This document shows positions 47,727 through 58,157 of a stretch of 64,000 bases of DNA, piece by piece. This stretch comes from Alphaproteobacteria bacterium. GTDB lineage: Bacteria > Pseudomonadota > Alphaproteobacteria > JASGCL01. The DNA lies in the NCBI GenBank assembly GCA_965203915.1, contig OZ241918.1, positions 268,613 to 332,612 of the forward strand, read 5' to 3'. Within the stretch, counting starts at the first letter, position 1, and each line of letters begins with the position of its first letter. The position numbers were made by a program, and so were the translations under genes. The notes beneath the pieces are model-generated. The model was not told where the DNA came from and did no database searches. It saw only the letters and a list, made by a program, of their open reading frames with translations.

Positions 47727-50398
47727 GTTTTCTTTTCTAATTCCTCTAGCACATTTTTGGCGCGCGCCACCACCGTGGCGGGCACGCCCGCCATGGCGGC
47801 AACTTGAATACCATAAGAATGGTTGGCTTGGCCTGCTATCAATTCATGAAAAAATACCAATTTTTTATCCCATTCTTCAACCTTCATCGTGAAGCAATCC
47901 ATCGCGGATAGGCTCGCCGCCAATTTGGTCAATTCGTGATAATGGGTTGCGAACAGGGTGCGGGCCGCAATTTGATTATGCAAATATTCGGTGATGGCGA
48001 TGGCCAAAGACAACCCGTCAAAGGTGGCGGTGCCACGACCAATTTCATCCATAATGATTAACGATTCCGCGGTGGCATTTTGTAAAATATTGGCGGTTTC
48101 CAACATCTCAATCATGAATGTCGATTGCCCCCGCGCCAAATCATCGGCCGCGCCAACCCGTGAAAAAATTTTATCCACCACCGATATAACGGCCTCATCG
48201 GCGGGAACATAAAAACCCGATTGCGCCATGATAACAACAATCGCCACCATACGTAAAAAAGTACTCTTACCCGCCATGTTGGGGGCGGTTAGCAACATAA
48301 AAAATTTGTCACTATCCAAAGAAACATCATTGGCGGTAAAATGCTCGGCCGATGCCGACAATGCTTGCTCGACCACGGGGTGGCGCGCACGTCGCAATAA
48401 TAATTTTTTGTCGCCCGCCGCAGTGATGGTTGGCCTGACAAAATGTTGTTCGCGCGCAATACGCCCCATGGTTTGGTTAAGGTCAATCACCGCCAACAAA
48501 TCAGACAACAACAACAACGGCGCATGTTGCGCCATCACGCTGGCGACCAATTCATCAAAAATTTGCACCTCCACCGCTACGGCATGGTTCGCGCCCCGTT
48601 CAATATCACCGCCCAGGGTGATTAATGCCGCGCTGTTATAACGCACCAAGGCTGATAAGGTTTGGCGATGTTGAAAAATACTATGGGCGGTCATTTTATC
48701 GGCATGGCGCGCAGAAACCTCGATATAAAAACCCCAAATATTATTTTGTTTTATTTTCAAATTATCAATATGGGTCAATTGCCGATATGTATGTTCCAGC
48801 AAATTCAATTGCCGCCATTTTTCTTTTTGCCCCGTGGTAATATCATCAAGGTCAGCCCGAAAGCCAGGACGGATAAAACCCCCATGCCGCGCCAAAAGGG
48901 GCAGGTTGTCATGAAGCAAAGCATTGCCAAGCAGTTGGCTTAAAGGGGCAACATCGAGAAATTTGTCAACCAGCATGACGATAGGATGTTGCGGGTTGGC
49001 GGCTGACCCGTCGGGCAAAAATTTTCGCAATGTTTTTTTGATGGCAGGGATTTTTTCCAAAACCTGGGCAATGGCCGCCAAATCGCGTGGCCCGCCCTTC
49101 TTTGCCGACAGGCGCGATAAAGCCCGCGACAGGTCAGGCATGGCGGTAAGCAAGCCGCGCAATTCTTCGCTTATAGTTTTGTTGTCGACAAAAAATTGCA
49201 ACCCATCAAGCCGCCCATTGATTTTGGTAATATTTTTTAATGGCTGTTGCAAACGACTGCGCAATAACCGTGCCCCCGCCGCCGTTTCGGTTTGGTCCAA
49301 CAGGGCAAGCAAGCACCCTTCGCGCCCGCCGCGGTGGCTGTTGCTTAAAATATCCAGCGATTGGAAACTCGCCCTATCGATACTCATGTTATCAGATTGG
49401 TCTATTTTTTTGGGTGGTAATAATTTGGGCAAGGCATTGATTTGCGTGCGCTTGAGGTAAGATAAAAGCCCGCCCAAGGCCGACAATTCATCAGACGAAA
49501 AATCACCAAAGCCTTCCAAACTTTTTACCTGGAATTGCTCCTGCAATATTTGCACGCCGCGTTGTTTGTTAAATACCGTGATGGATTCGGGGGTAATTTT
49601 TTCGTAAAAATCGCGCAATTCGCTGGCGACCGTTTCATCTTTTAACAAAACATCGGGGGTTAGAATTTCGGCGGGTGATATTCTGCCGATAAAATTGCTC
49701 AACGCGCTTAGGGGCATAACCTCCACCGCAAGGAATCCCGTCGACACATCGGCGATGGCAACCGCCAATTTTTTCTCATTGTTGTTTTTTATGGCGGGGT
49801 TGTTGCTTGCAGGGCTCGAACTTGCGAAGGTCAGGGCAGGAGAGAGGGCTAATAAAAAATTATGTTGTTTTTCGGGCAACAAATTTTGTTCAACCACCGT
49901 GCCGCGGGTGATGATACGCACCACCTGGCGCGTCATCAAATTTTTGCCTGGTGCCTTGGCGGGGGTTTGCTGCATATCGCCCACTTGTTCGCTTGCTTGT
50001 TCGCTCACCTGCTCGGCCAGGGCAATTTTTTTGCCCATGGTGATAAGTTTGGCAATGTAATTATCGGCGGCATGGTGCGGCACACCGCACATCGGAATAT
50101 CTTTATCGCCCTGTTTACCGCGCCGCGTCAGGGTAAGGTTTAACAATTGCGCGGCCTCCACCGCGTCTTCAAAAAACAATTCATAAAAATCGCCGAGGCG
50201 AAAAAATAATAGGCTGTCAGGATGTTGGTCCTTCAATGACCGATATTGCGCCATCAGCGGGGTAAGGGTCGCATCGCTCAAGTTGCCAACCTTGCCATCA
50301 ACCTGCCCATCGCTTGGGCCAGGGGCTTGATTGTCAGAATGCACGTTCGCACCATCAAGCTCAGACAAAAGGTCGGGTGGGGTAGGCTTTGAATTCAT
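47723..50398 (-). CDS. mutS: DNA mismatch repair protein MutS.
   Basis: TPLMAQYRSLK N-terminus, mismatch-binding domain, Walker A LTAPNMAGKSTFLR, DEIGRGTATFDG, HTH C-terminus. Confidence 0.93.
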   Translation of the reverse strand: MNSKPTPPDLLSELDGANVHSDNQAPGPSDGQVDGKVGNLSDATLTPLMAQYRSLKDQHPDSLLFFRLGDFYELFFEDAVEAAQLLNLTLTRRGKQGDKDIPMCGVPHHAADNYIAKLITMGKKIALAEQVSEQASEQVGDMQQTPAKAPGKNLMTRQVVRIITRGTVVEQNLLPEKQHNFLLALSPALTFASSSPASNNPAIKNNNEKKLAVAIADVSTGFLAVEVMPLSALSNFIGRISPAEILTPDVLLKDETVASELRDFYEKITPESITVFNKQRGVQILQEQFQVKSLEGFGDFSSDELSALGGLLSYLKRTQINALPKLLPPKKIDQSDNMSIDRASFQSLDILSNSHRGGREGCLLALLDQTETAAGARLLRSRLQQPLKNITKINGRLDGLQFFVDNKTISEELRGLLTAMPDLSRALSRLSAKKGGPRDLAAIAQVLEKIPAIKKTLRKFLPDGSAANPQHPIVMLVDKFLDVAPLSQLLGNALLHDNLPLLARHGGFIRPGFRADLDDITTGQKEKWRQLNLLEHTYRQLTHIDNLKIKQNNIWGFYIEVSARHADKMTAHSIFQHRQTLSALVRYNSAALITLGGDIERGANHAVAVEVQIFDELVASVMAQHAPLLLLSDLLAVIDLNQTMGRIAREQHFVRPTITAAGDKKLLLRRARHPVVEQALSASAEHFTANDVSLDSDKFFMLLTAPNMAGKSTFLRMVAIVVIMAQSGFYVPADEAVISVVDKIFSRVGAADDLARGQSTFMIEMLETANILQNATAESLIIMDEIGRGTATFDGLSLAIAITEYLHNQIAARTLFATHYHELTKLAASLSAMDCFTMKVEEWDKKLVFFHELIAGQANHSYGIQVAAMAGVPATVVARAKNVLEELEKKT

Positions 50399-50616
50399 AT
50401 AGTTTTGTATGATGTTTTTTATGATGTTTAAGCAAAACTAGCAAGGCTCCACAAGCCCATATTTTGACGCTATATTTTGGTTTTTTTTATAATTAAGGGA
50501 AGGAATGATGATGTCAGGGGCAAGGCGTATCATGAGAAAAATCTTGCCTTTTGTAAAAAAAAATGACAAAAGGGAAAATAACCATTTATCAATATAGAAT
50601 AATAACAAAAATAATG

Positions 50617-50700
50617 GCGGGCGTGGCGAAATGGCAGACGCGCCAGATTTAGGTTCTGGTGAGGTAACTCGTGGGGGTTCAAGTCCCTCCGCCCGCACCA
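50617..50700 (+). tRNA. tRNA-Leu (anticodon TAG), class II with long variable arm.
   Basis: GCGGGCGTGGCGAAATGGCAGACGCGCCAGATTTAGGTTCTGGTGAGGTAACTCGTGGGGGTTCAAGTCCCTCCGCCCGCACCA: anticodon loop TTTAGGT, long variable arm, GTTCAAGTC T-loop, encoded CCA. Confidence 0.85.
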
Positions 50701-50797
50701 AGCATAAATCAAGAAACAAGAAATAAAACAGTAACAATGAATTACTTCAAGTTTTTTACAACATTTCATTTTTATAACATCTTAAGGAAAAAACATC

Positions 50798-52171
50798 ATG
50801 ATTAATATTAAAGAAATCAGCAAAGAAAAATTGGCGCGTCAATATCAAATCCATGTCAAAAAATCTGACATGGCAAAAAAATTGGATGCCGAATTGGCGT
50901 TGGCGCAACCCACCGCGCAAATGCCTGGCTTCCGCGCGGGTAAGGTGCCGCTTGATATTTTGAAAAAAAATTATAGCGATAAGATTATGGCCGATGTTAT
51001 CCAAAAATTATTGCAAGAGGCCTTAGAAAAAATTCAATCAGATTTTTCAATCAAAATTGCCGACAGGCCCGATATTGTCAAAATTAATCACGAGGAAGCC
51101 ATCAAATTGACCCAAGATTTGGAAGCCGTGGTCGCGCTTAATTTGTTGCCGCCTATCCCCAATTTGCCCATCGATAAAATTTCCGTCACCCGTTATCGCC
51201 TGGTGATGGACGACAAACAAAAGAAAGAAAAAATTAAAACCAACCTGGAAGAAATTGCCAAGGGGCATCGCGAAACCAAAAAGGTCGAAGGCCGCAACCA
51301 AACCAAAAAAGGTGATGTGGTCGTGATGGATTTTGAAGGATTCGTCGACGATAAAGCCTTCAGCGGTGGCAAGGGCGAGGATTTTGAATTGGAATTGGGT
51401 TCGGGGCAATTTATTGCTGGGTTCGAAGATCAATTGATAGGCAAAAACCTGAACGAAGAATTGTCGGTCAAGGTGACATTCCCCAAACATTATCATGAAG
51501 AATCGCTGTCAGAAAAACCAGCGGTGTTTAAAACAACCATGAAGGCCATCAAAGAATATGTGCCCGTGACAATCGACGATGATTTTGCAAAAAAACTTGG
51601 TTTAAAAAGCCTGCAAGAATTGGAAGAGATGATGGGCAAACAGCTTGATAATTCTTCTGACCAACAAAGCAACGACCTGTTAAAACGTCAATTGCTCGAC
51701 CAATTGCATCAATTGATGCAATTTGAATTGCCCGAACAAATGGTGGAAAATGATTTTCAATCGGTGTTCCATGATGTCAAACATGCCTTCGAACATGAAC
51801 ATTTGGACGAAGAAGACAAGGGCAAGGATTTAAAAACCTTGGAAAAGGAATATCGTGCCATTGCCGCGCGCCGTGTGAAGTTGGGCTTAATCCTGAATGA
51901 TGTGGGCGAGAAAGCCGCCGTCAAGGTTTCAGAAAATGAAATGCGCCAGGTGATTATGAATCGCGCCATGCAATACCCACCCAAAGAACGCGAACAATTT
52001 TTGAAAGCCATCGGGCAGAATCAAAACCTGCAGGTGCAATTATCCCTGCCGATTTTTGAACAAAAGGTGGTGGAACATTTGCTTACCCAAGTGACCATCA
52101 AGGACAAAGATTTGTCGCCCGAAGAATTTGTTAAAAAATCAGAATCAATCCATAATGCGGCAAGTTTTTAA
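50798..52171 (+). CDS. tig: Trigger factor.
   Basis: N-terminal ribosome-binding GFRAGKVP motif, FKBP-type PPIase domain ([41 protein letters not shown]), C-terminal arm domain. Confidence 0.92.
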   Translation: MINIKEISKEKLARQYQIHVKKSDMAKKLDAELALAQPTAQMPGFRAGKVPLDILKKNYSDKIMADVIQKLLQEALEKIQSDFSIKIADRPDIVKINHEEAIKLTQDLEAVVALNLLPPIPNLPIDKISVTRYRLVMDDKQKKEKIKTNLEEIAKGHRETKKVEGRNQTKKGDVVVMDFEGFVDDKAFSGGKGEDFELELGSGQFIAGFEDQLIGKNLNEELSVKVTFPKHYHEESLSEKPAVFKTTMKAIKEYVPVTIDDDFAKKLGLKSLQELEEMMGKQLDNSSDQQSNDLLKRQLLDQLHQLMQFELPEQMVENDFQSVFHDVKHAFEHEHLDEEDKGKDLKTLEKEYRAIAARRVKLGLILNDVGEKAAVKVSENEMRQVIMNRAMQYPPKEREQFLKAIGQNQNLQVQLSLPIFEQKVVEHLLTQVTIKDKDLSPEEFVKKSESIHNAASF

Positions 52172-52206
52172 TAAAACGCGCTAAGAAAGATACAACGATT
52201 GGCAAC

Positions 52207-52830
52207 ATGACAGATAGAGCCGAAGCTATTTACAACAACCTTATCCCGATGGTGATAGAACAATCGGGGCGCGGTGAACGGGCTTATGATATTTATTCGC
52301 GTTTGTTGCGCGAACGGGTTATTTTTATCACGGGCGGGGTGGAAGATAACATGGCGTCGGTGGTGATAGCACAATTGTTATTTTTGGAAGCCGAAAATCC
52401 GAAAAAAGATATTTTCCTTTATATCAATTCGCCAGGCGGTTCGGTGACGGCGGGGCTTTCCATCTACGACACCATGCAATTTATTCAGCCCGAGGTTTCG
52501 ACCATTTGCGTGGGCCAGGCGGCTTCGATGGGGGCGATGTTGTTAACCGCGGGGGCGAAGGGGAAGCGATTCGCCCTGCCCAATGCGCGTATCATGGTGC
52601 ATCAACCATCGGGCGGCACGCGCGGGGTGGCGGCCGATATTGCCATTCACGCCCAAGAAATTTTGCGCATTCGCGAAATTTTGAATCAGTTGATGGTGAA
52701 GCACACGGGTAATGATTTGGCGACGATTGAAAAAGCCGTCGACCGCGATAATTTTATGTCAGCAACGGAAGCAAAAAAATTTGGCTTGATAGATGACATC
52801 ATGCCCAAACGCCTCACCCCCAAGGAATAA
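52207..52830 (+). CDS. clpP: ATP-dependent Clp protease proteolytic subunit.
   Basis: [12 protein letters not shown], catalytic Ser in [11 protein letters not shown], His in MVHQPSGG. Confidence 0.95.
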   Translation: MTDRAEAIYNNLIPMVIEQSGRGERAYDIYSRLLRERVIFITGGVEDNMASVVIAQLLFLEAENPKKDIFLYINSPGGSVTAGLSIYDTMQFIQPEVSTICVGQAASMGAMLLTAGAKGKRFALPNARIMVHQPSGGTRGVAADIAIHAQEILRIREILNQLMVKHTGNDLATIEKAVDRDNFMSATEAKKFGLIDDIMPKRLTPKE

Positions 52831-52848
52831 TTTCAAGAAAAAAAAATC

Positions 52849-54752
52849 ATGTTGCACGCCGTTCGCGCCCTTGCCCGCAATCGCCCCTTTCAAATTGTGT
52901 TGGGCATATTGTTGGGCGTTGGTTTTATTTCCTTTGGTGCCAGCAATTTTTCGCCAGGCGGCAAACCATTGGTTAAGATGGCGGGCCAGGATATATCGGC
53001 AAGGCAATTCCAAGTTTATTACCAAAACAAATTGGCTGAAAACAATTTACAAAATCTTAGCCCCGCCGACCAAAAAAATTTGCAACTGCCCCAAAAATTT
53101 TTGCAAAGCCTAGTCTTGGAAACATTATTATTAAAAATGGCGCAAGATATGAATTTGCAAATCGCCGATTCGGTGGTGGCGCGCGCTATCAAGGATAACC
53201 CAATATTCAAAGACCCAACAACAGGGCAATTTTCAAAAGATCGTTATTTGGCGACCATCAAACAAAATGGTATCAGCGAAGGAGTCATTATCGAGCAGGT
53301 GAAAAAAAACCTAACCTTGGCTTGGTTAAAAAATTATTTTGCGGGCTTATCGTTCGATGTTCCCGCCCTACAACCCATGTGGCAGGGCGACAAGGCCCAA
53401 GTGCTGTTGGATTATCTAACCCTTGATGTTGCTCATGTCGGGGGTAAGGTTGCCGCGCCGAGCGAGGACGACCTTAAAAAATATTATGGCGCGCATGTGG
53501 CGCAATATCAATTGCCCAATTATCGGCGATTCCAGGTGCTGACCTTATCGGGCGATATGTTGAAAACCATGGCGAGCAAAAAAGCCAGCGTCAGCGACAA
53601 AGAAATAAAGGAAGCCTACGAAGCGCGCCGCGATGAATTTCAAACCCAGCCAGGGTATCAATTTGAACAATTGTTATTTGCCGACAAAAAATCGGCCGAT
53701 GATTTTTATGCCCGCCAAGCTAGCGCATCAACCGCCGCGTGGGACAAACAAAAACCAGCGGGGGCAAAATATAACCTTATCAATTTAAACCAAAGCGATT
53801 TGGCGGCCTATGGTTTTGAAGCCAACGATGCGGTGGGCAAGCAATCAAATGTGGTGGAAACGCCGTTTGGTTTTGCCATGGTGCGGTTGGTAAAAAAAAT
53901 GGGTGGCGGGGTCAGGCCATTGGCCGATGTTGCCCCAACCCTGCGCGCGCAATTGTTGGGGCAAAAAACCAACCAAATTTTTAACGATACCTATCGCGCG
54001 GTCAGCGACCAATTGGCAAGCGGCAAAAATTTTAACACCGTGCTAAAAGAAAATAATTTGAATGGCGCGATTGTGACCACCAATTTTATGGATAATCAGG
54101 GGCGTGATAAAAATGGCCAAAAAATAAAAGGCCAATTATATTTGGATAAAATGTTGGAGCAAGGTTTTGCCGAAAATATTAAACATAGCCCCCTATTGTT
54201 GACCGACAATAACAATGGACAGTCCAATATTGTCGCGATTGGCATGATAGCCGACGAAGCCACGGTGTTGCCGCCATTTGATAAGATAAAAAACAAAGTA
54301 GCCCAAGATTGGCGACAAGGCGAAGAAGAAAAAATATTGTCGGCGGAAAAACAAAAGATAGACGAACAAATTACCAATGGTAAATTCGATTTTGCAGCCT
54401 ATCAAGCAAGCAAGCAATTGCCCGTCGCCCGCAGCATATTTTTACAAAAACAAATTCTGGCCGAACAGCCATATTTAAACAAATTGATAACAGCAACCTG
54501 TTGCAGGTTTTATTTACCCCCGCCGTGACGGTGTTGACCAACGAAGCAGGCGAGAAAAAATTGTTGGTGATAAAACACAGTGCGCCACCCAGCAAGCAAA
54601 CCAAATTATCAGCCAAGGTATCAGTCAAGGACGCCGCCGATTTTACCAAACAATTTCAAACCGCGATGGGTGAAGGTTGGTTGCTAGACCTTTATCGGAC
54701 CAATCGCGTCGATATCAATTGGTCGCAGTTGGATGTTATCTTTAGCCAATAA
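52849..54752 (+). pseudogene. ppiD: PpiD-like membrane-anchored periplasmic chaperone (SurA-N / peptidylprolyl isomerase family) interrupted by a single-base frameshift near 54480-54500 (ORFs 52849-54528 and 54501-54752).
   Basis: N-terminal TM anchor plus SurA-N-like region. The frame-1 tail ...LITATCCRFYLPPP* is nonsensical, while the overlapping frame continues ...QIDNSNLLQVLFTPAVTVLTNEAGEKK... to 54752. Conserved position between clpP and trpE. Confidence 0.6.
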
Positions 54753-54847
54753 TGTTTTACAGGCAATTTTTTATAGGAAATTTTTTTATAGGGGATGAAG
54801 CATAAAAAATGGCATGACTTGCCCCAGTTTTTTGCTATAAAAAAATA

Positions 54848-56401
54848 ATGTTACATACCATTACCAATCAAGAAGAATTTTTGAACCATTACAACAATGG
54901 GCAAGATGCCTTGTTGTGTTGTCAATTATCTATCGACACCATCACCCCCGTGGCGGCGGTGATGAAATTGCAACATGCTTCGCGCCATTTGTTTTTGCTG
55001 GAATCGGTTGAACAGGGCAAAACCCGCGCCCGTTATTCTTTTTTGGGATGGCAACCGATATTGTTGTGGGAAGCCCGCGGCGGCGAAGTGTTTCATCGCG
55101 ATGGTGACGAAGCCCCATGGCAAAAAATGGCAAGCAAAGAAAAAACCAACCCGCTGGATGACCTGCATGATATTCTCAATCGTCATGCTATCCATTTTCC
55201 TGCGGGGTTGCCCGCGGCGGCCTCGGGGTTTTTTGGTTTTTTAAGTTACGACGCGGTGCAGATGATTGAAAAAATCCCACCGCATCGCGAAGACCCACAT
55301 CATTTGCCCGATGGTCGGTATTTTTTGCCCAAGCAAATATTGATATTTGATAATGCCACGGACAAGGCTTCCTTGGTCGTGCGTTGCCAATATAAAAAAG
55401 ACACCACGGCGCAGGATGCTTTGCTTGCCACCCAAAAAACCATCAATGACACGCTGGAAACCTTGCGCCAATCATTGCCCGCCAACACGGCGCGCGCCCA
55501 CGCGGCGGTTGCCGCTCCGCAACAACCCAAACACCTAACGCCTGAGGGCGACTACCTAACCGCCGTGAAAAAAACCATCGACTATATCAAGGCGGGGGAT
55601 ATTTTCCAAGCAGTCATCAGCCAAGTTTTTGAATATGATAACCCGCATGGTTCGCCCCTTAATTTTTATCGCGCCTTACGCGCCACCAACCCCGCGCCCT
55701 ACATGTTTTTCTTTCAATGGGAAGATTTTGCCTTCGCGGGGGCCAGCCCCGAAACCCTGGTCAAGGTTGAAGATAAAAAAATGTCAGTCTACCCCATTGC
55801 GGGCACGCGCCGCCGTGGCACCACCGAGGATGAAGATAAAAAATTGGCAGAAGAATTGTTGGCCGACCCGAAAGAACGCGCCGAACATTTGATGTTGCTC
55901 GACCTGGGGCGGAATGATGTCGGCAGGGTAGCCGAAATAGGAACGGTCAAGGTTGTTCAAGAATTTCAAGTCGAGCGTTATGCGTTTGTTATGCATTTGG
56001 TGTCGGAAGTCATGGGGCAATTGGCAAAAGATAAAAGCAGTTTGCAAGCATTATGCGCGGGCATGCCCGCGGGCACCGTGTCGGGCGCGCCAAAAATTCG
56101 CGCCATGGAAATTATTGCCGAATTGGAAAAAACCCGCCGCGGATTATACGCGGGGGCGGTGGGATATTTTTCCAGCAAATTAAACAGCGACAAAACAAAA
56201 GAAGATTTTGTCAACCAAGCCGACATGGACCATTGCATTGCCTTGCGCTGCGCCTTGCTCAAAGCCGACAAAGTCACCATTCAAACGGGGGCGGGTATTG
56301 TTTACGATTCGGTGCCCGAAAAAGAACAGGAAGAATGTTTGAACAAAGCGCGTGCATTATTCAAAGCCTTCGACCGTGCTCACGAATTCTCAGGCAATTA
56401 A
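54848..56401 (+). CDS. trpE: Anthranilate synthase component I.
   Basis: LLESVEQGKTRARYSFLG, chorismate-binding core GAVGYFS..., ...IQTGAGIVYDSVPEKEQEECLNKA. Confidence 0.92.
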   Translation: MLHTITNQEEFLNHYNNGQDALLCCQLSIDTITPVAAVMKLQHASRHLFLLESVEQGKTRARYSFLGWQPILLWEARGGEVFHRDGDEAPWQKMASKEKTNPLDDLHDILNRHAIHFPAGLPAAASGFFGFLSYDAVQMIEKIPPHREDPHHLPDGRYFLPKQILIFDNATDKASLVVRCQYKKDTTAQDALLATQKTINDTLETLRQSLPANTARAHAAVAAPQQPKHLTPEGDYLTAVKKTIDYIKAGDIFQAVISQVFEYDNPHGSPLNFYRALRATNPAPYMFFFQWEDFAFAGASPETLVKVEDKKMSVYPIAGTRRRGTTEDEDKKLAEELLADPKERAEHLMLLDLGRNDVGRVAEIGTVKVVQEFQVERYAFVMHLVSEVMGQLAKDKSSLQALCAGMPAGTVSGAPKIRAMEIIAELEKTRRGLYAGAVGYFSSKLNSDKTKEDFVNQADMDHCIALRCALLKADKVTIQTGAGIVYDSVPEKEQEECLNKARALFKAFDRAHEFSGN

Positions 56402-56720
56402 TTCGCCCTACCGCTGACGCTACTTGAGGGCAACTAGGGCAAGCCCTAGAACCAGGCTTGTTGCCACCAGTGGTAAAAAAGTATATTTTAACTTATTAAG
56501 AATTTTTTTGGTAATTCATTTGCCCATTTTTATTGCGCTATCACTTCGTTGCTTGAGGGCGATAGGTTTCGCCCTAGAAACGAGATTTTCAGCTTTGAGA
56601 ATAAAGCCCTGAAGAAATTGTAAGTTGCGGTGCGCAGCACCCAGGATTTTCCGCTTTGAGAATAAAGCCCTGAAGAAATTGTAAGTTGCGGTGCGCAGCA
56701 CCTAGGCAAAGCCTAGTTGC
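56402..56720. repeat. Repeat cluster immediately after the trpE stop. Module A + ctagggcaagccctagaacc (56405-56462); a second composite copy (56536-56720) containing a 61-bp tandem duplication (56584-56644 / 56645-56705) and the ctaggcaaagcctag palindrome followed by a T-run.
   Basis: gttgcggtgcgcagcacc is the reverse complement of ggtgctgcgcaccgcaac in the maeB-end copy. ctagggcaagccctagaacc is the reverse complement of 41643-41662. Confidence 0.8.
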
Positions 56721-56771
56721 TTTTTTGTTTTTTTTAGGATAGATAGGCACAATTATTTTATAAATAAAAAA

Positions 56772-58151
56772 ATGCCTCAAAGTAATTCAGCCAAAGAACG
56801 GGATATTGCTAATATTTTGCATCCCTACACCAACCTTGCGGTGCATGAAACGCGAGGCCCCACCATCATCGAACAGGGTAAGGGCGTTTATGTCAAGGAT
56901 AGCGAAGGCAAAGAATATATCGAAGGATTATCAGGATTATGGTGCGCCTCGCTCGGCTATGGCCAAGAACGATTGATAAAGGCCGCCGAAAAACAATTAC
57001 GCATTTTGCCCTATGGTCATTTGTTTGCCCACAAAAGTCACGACCCCGCCATTGATTTGGCTGAAAAATTGGTCAACCTTGCCCCCAAAACACCCAACCG
57101 CATGGCGAAGGTTTTTTTTGCTTCCTCGGGTTCGGAAGCCGTCGACAGCGCCATCAAAATAGTTTGGTATTATCACAATGCTATCGGCAAACCAAAGAAG
57201 AAACTTATTTTGTCGCGTCATCATGGTTACCACGGGGTGACGGTGGCGGGGGCTTCGCTGACGGGTTTACCCGCCCTGCATAAGGGTTTTGACCTGCCGA
57301 TTATTCCCGTGAAGCACCTCACCGTGCCGCATTTCCCACGTTTGGGCAAGGACGGCGAAACCGAAGAACAATTCACCGACCGATTGATGGATGAGGTCAA
57401 GGCGGTGATTAAAGAAGTTGGCGCGGAAAATATCGGCGCGATGATAGCCGAACCGTTGCAAGGCGCGGGCGGGGTGATATTGCCACCCAAAGATTATTTC
57501 AAAAAGCTGCAGCCTATCTTGCAAGAAAATGATATTTTGTTGATAGCCGATGAAGTCATCACGGGTTTTTGTCGCACCGGCAATTTTTGGGGGTCGGAAA
57601 CCTACGGCATTAACCCCGACATCATGACCATGGCGAAGGCCTTGTCGGCGGCTTACCTACCCATTTCGGCGGTGATGATAAATGAAAAATTGGCGGCGCC
57701 GATTATTAAATTGGCGGGCGAATTGGCAACCTTTGGCACGGGCTTTACTTACGGTGGGCATCCCGTGGCTTGCGCTGTCGCCTTGGAAACATTAAAAATT
57801 TATGAAGAAGAAAAGGTGTTAGACCATGTAAGGAAGCTAGCCCCACGGGTGCAACAACATTTGGCAACATTGCGCGACCACCCGTTGGTTGGCAACACGC
57901 GCGGCGTTGGTTTAATCGGCGCGGTAGAATTATGGCAAGATAAAACATCCAGGAAATTTTTTGCCCCCGAGCTAGCGGCGGCGGCGAAGGTTGCTGCCTT
58001 GGGTGAAAAACATGGGGTGATATTGCGCCCCTTGGTGTTTGATTCGGTGGCTTTCTGCCCGCCGTTAATTATTTCTGAAAAAGACCTCGACGAATTATTT
58101 AAACGTTTCACCGCGGCGTTGGACGAAGCCGTTTCTGTCCTTAAACCTTAA
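56772..58151 (+). CDS. Class III PLP-dependent aminotransferase (omega-transaminase family).
   Basis: ILHPYTNL...GLWCASLGYG..., SGSEAVDSAIK, ADEVITGFCRTG and the PLP-Lys region MTMAKALSAAY. It does not fit HemL or BioA signatures. Confidence 0.7.
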   Translation: MPQSNSAKERDIANILHPYTNLAVHETRGPTIIEQGKGVYVKDSEGKEYIEGLSGLWCASLGYGQERLIKAAEKQLRILPYGHLFAHKSHDPAIDLAEKLVNLAPKTPNRMAKVFFASSGSEAVDSAIKIVWYYHNAIGKPKKKLILSRHHGYHGVTVAGASLTGLPALHKGFDLPIIPVKHLTVPHFPRLGKDGETEEQFTDRLMDEVKAVIKEVGAENIGAMIAEPLQGAGGVILPPKDYFKKLQPILQENDILLIADEVITGFCRTGNFWGSETYGINPDIMTMAKALSAAYLPISAVMINEKLAAPIIKLAGELATFGTGFTYGGHPVACAVALETLKIYEEEKVLDHVRKLAPRVQQHLATLRDHPLVGNTRGVGLIGAVELWQDKTSRKFFAPELAAAAKVAALGEKHGVILRPLVFDSVAFCPPLIISEKDLDELFKRFTAALDEAVSVLKP

Positions 58152-58157
58152 ACCAAC

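Noticed and set aside
19750-56720. Equating the module A/B repeat family with named Rickettsia RPE families or Neisseria Correia elements.
   Set aside because: The behaviour is analogous (palindromic, in-frame in CDS), but I cannot verify sequence identity to any catalogued family from memory. It is described as RPE-like only.
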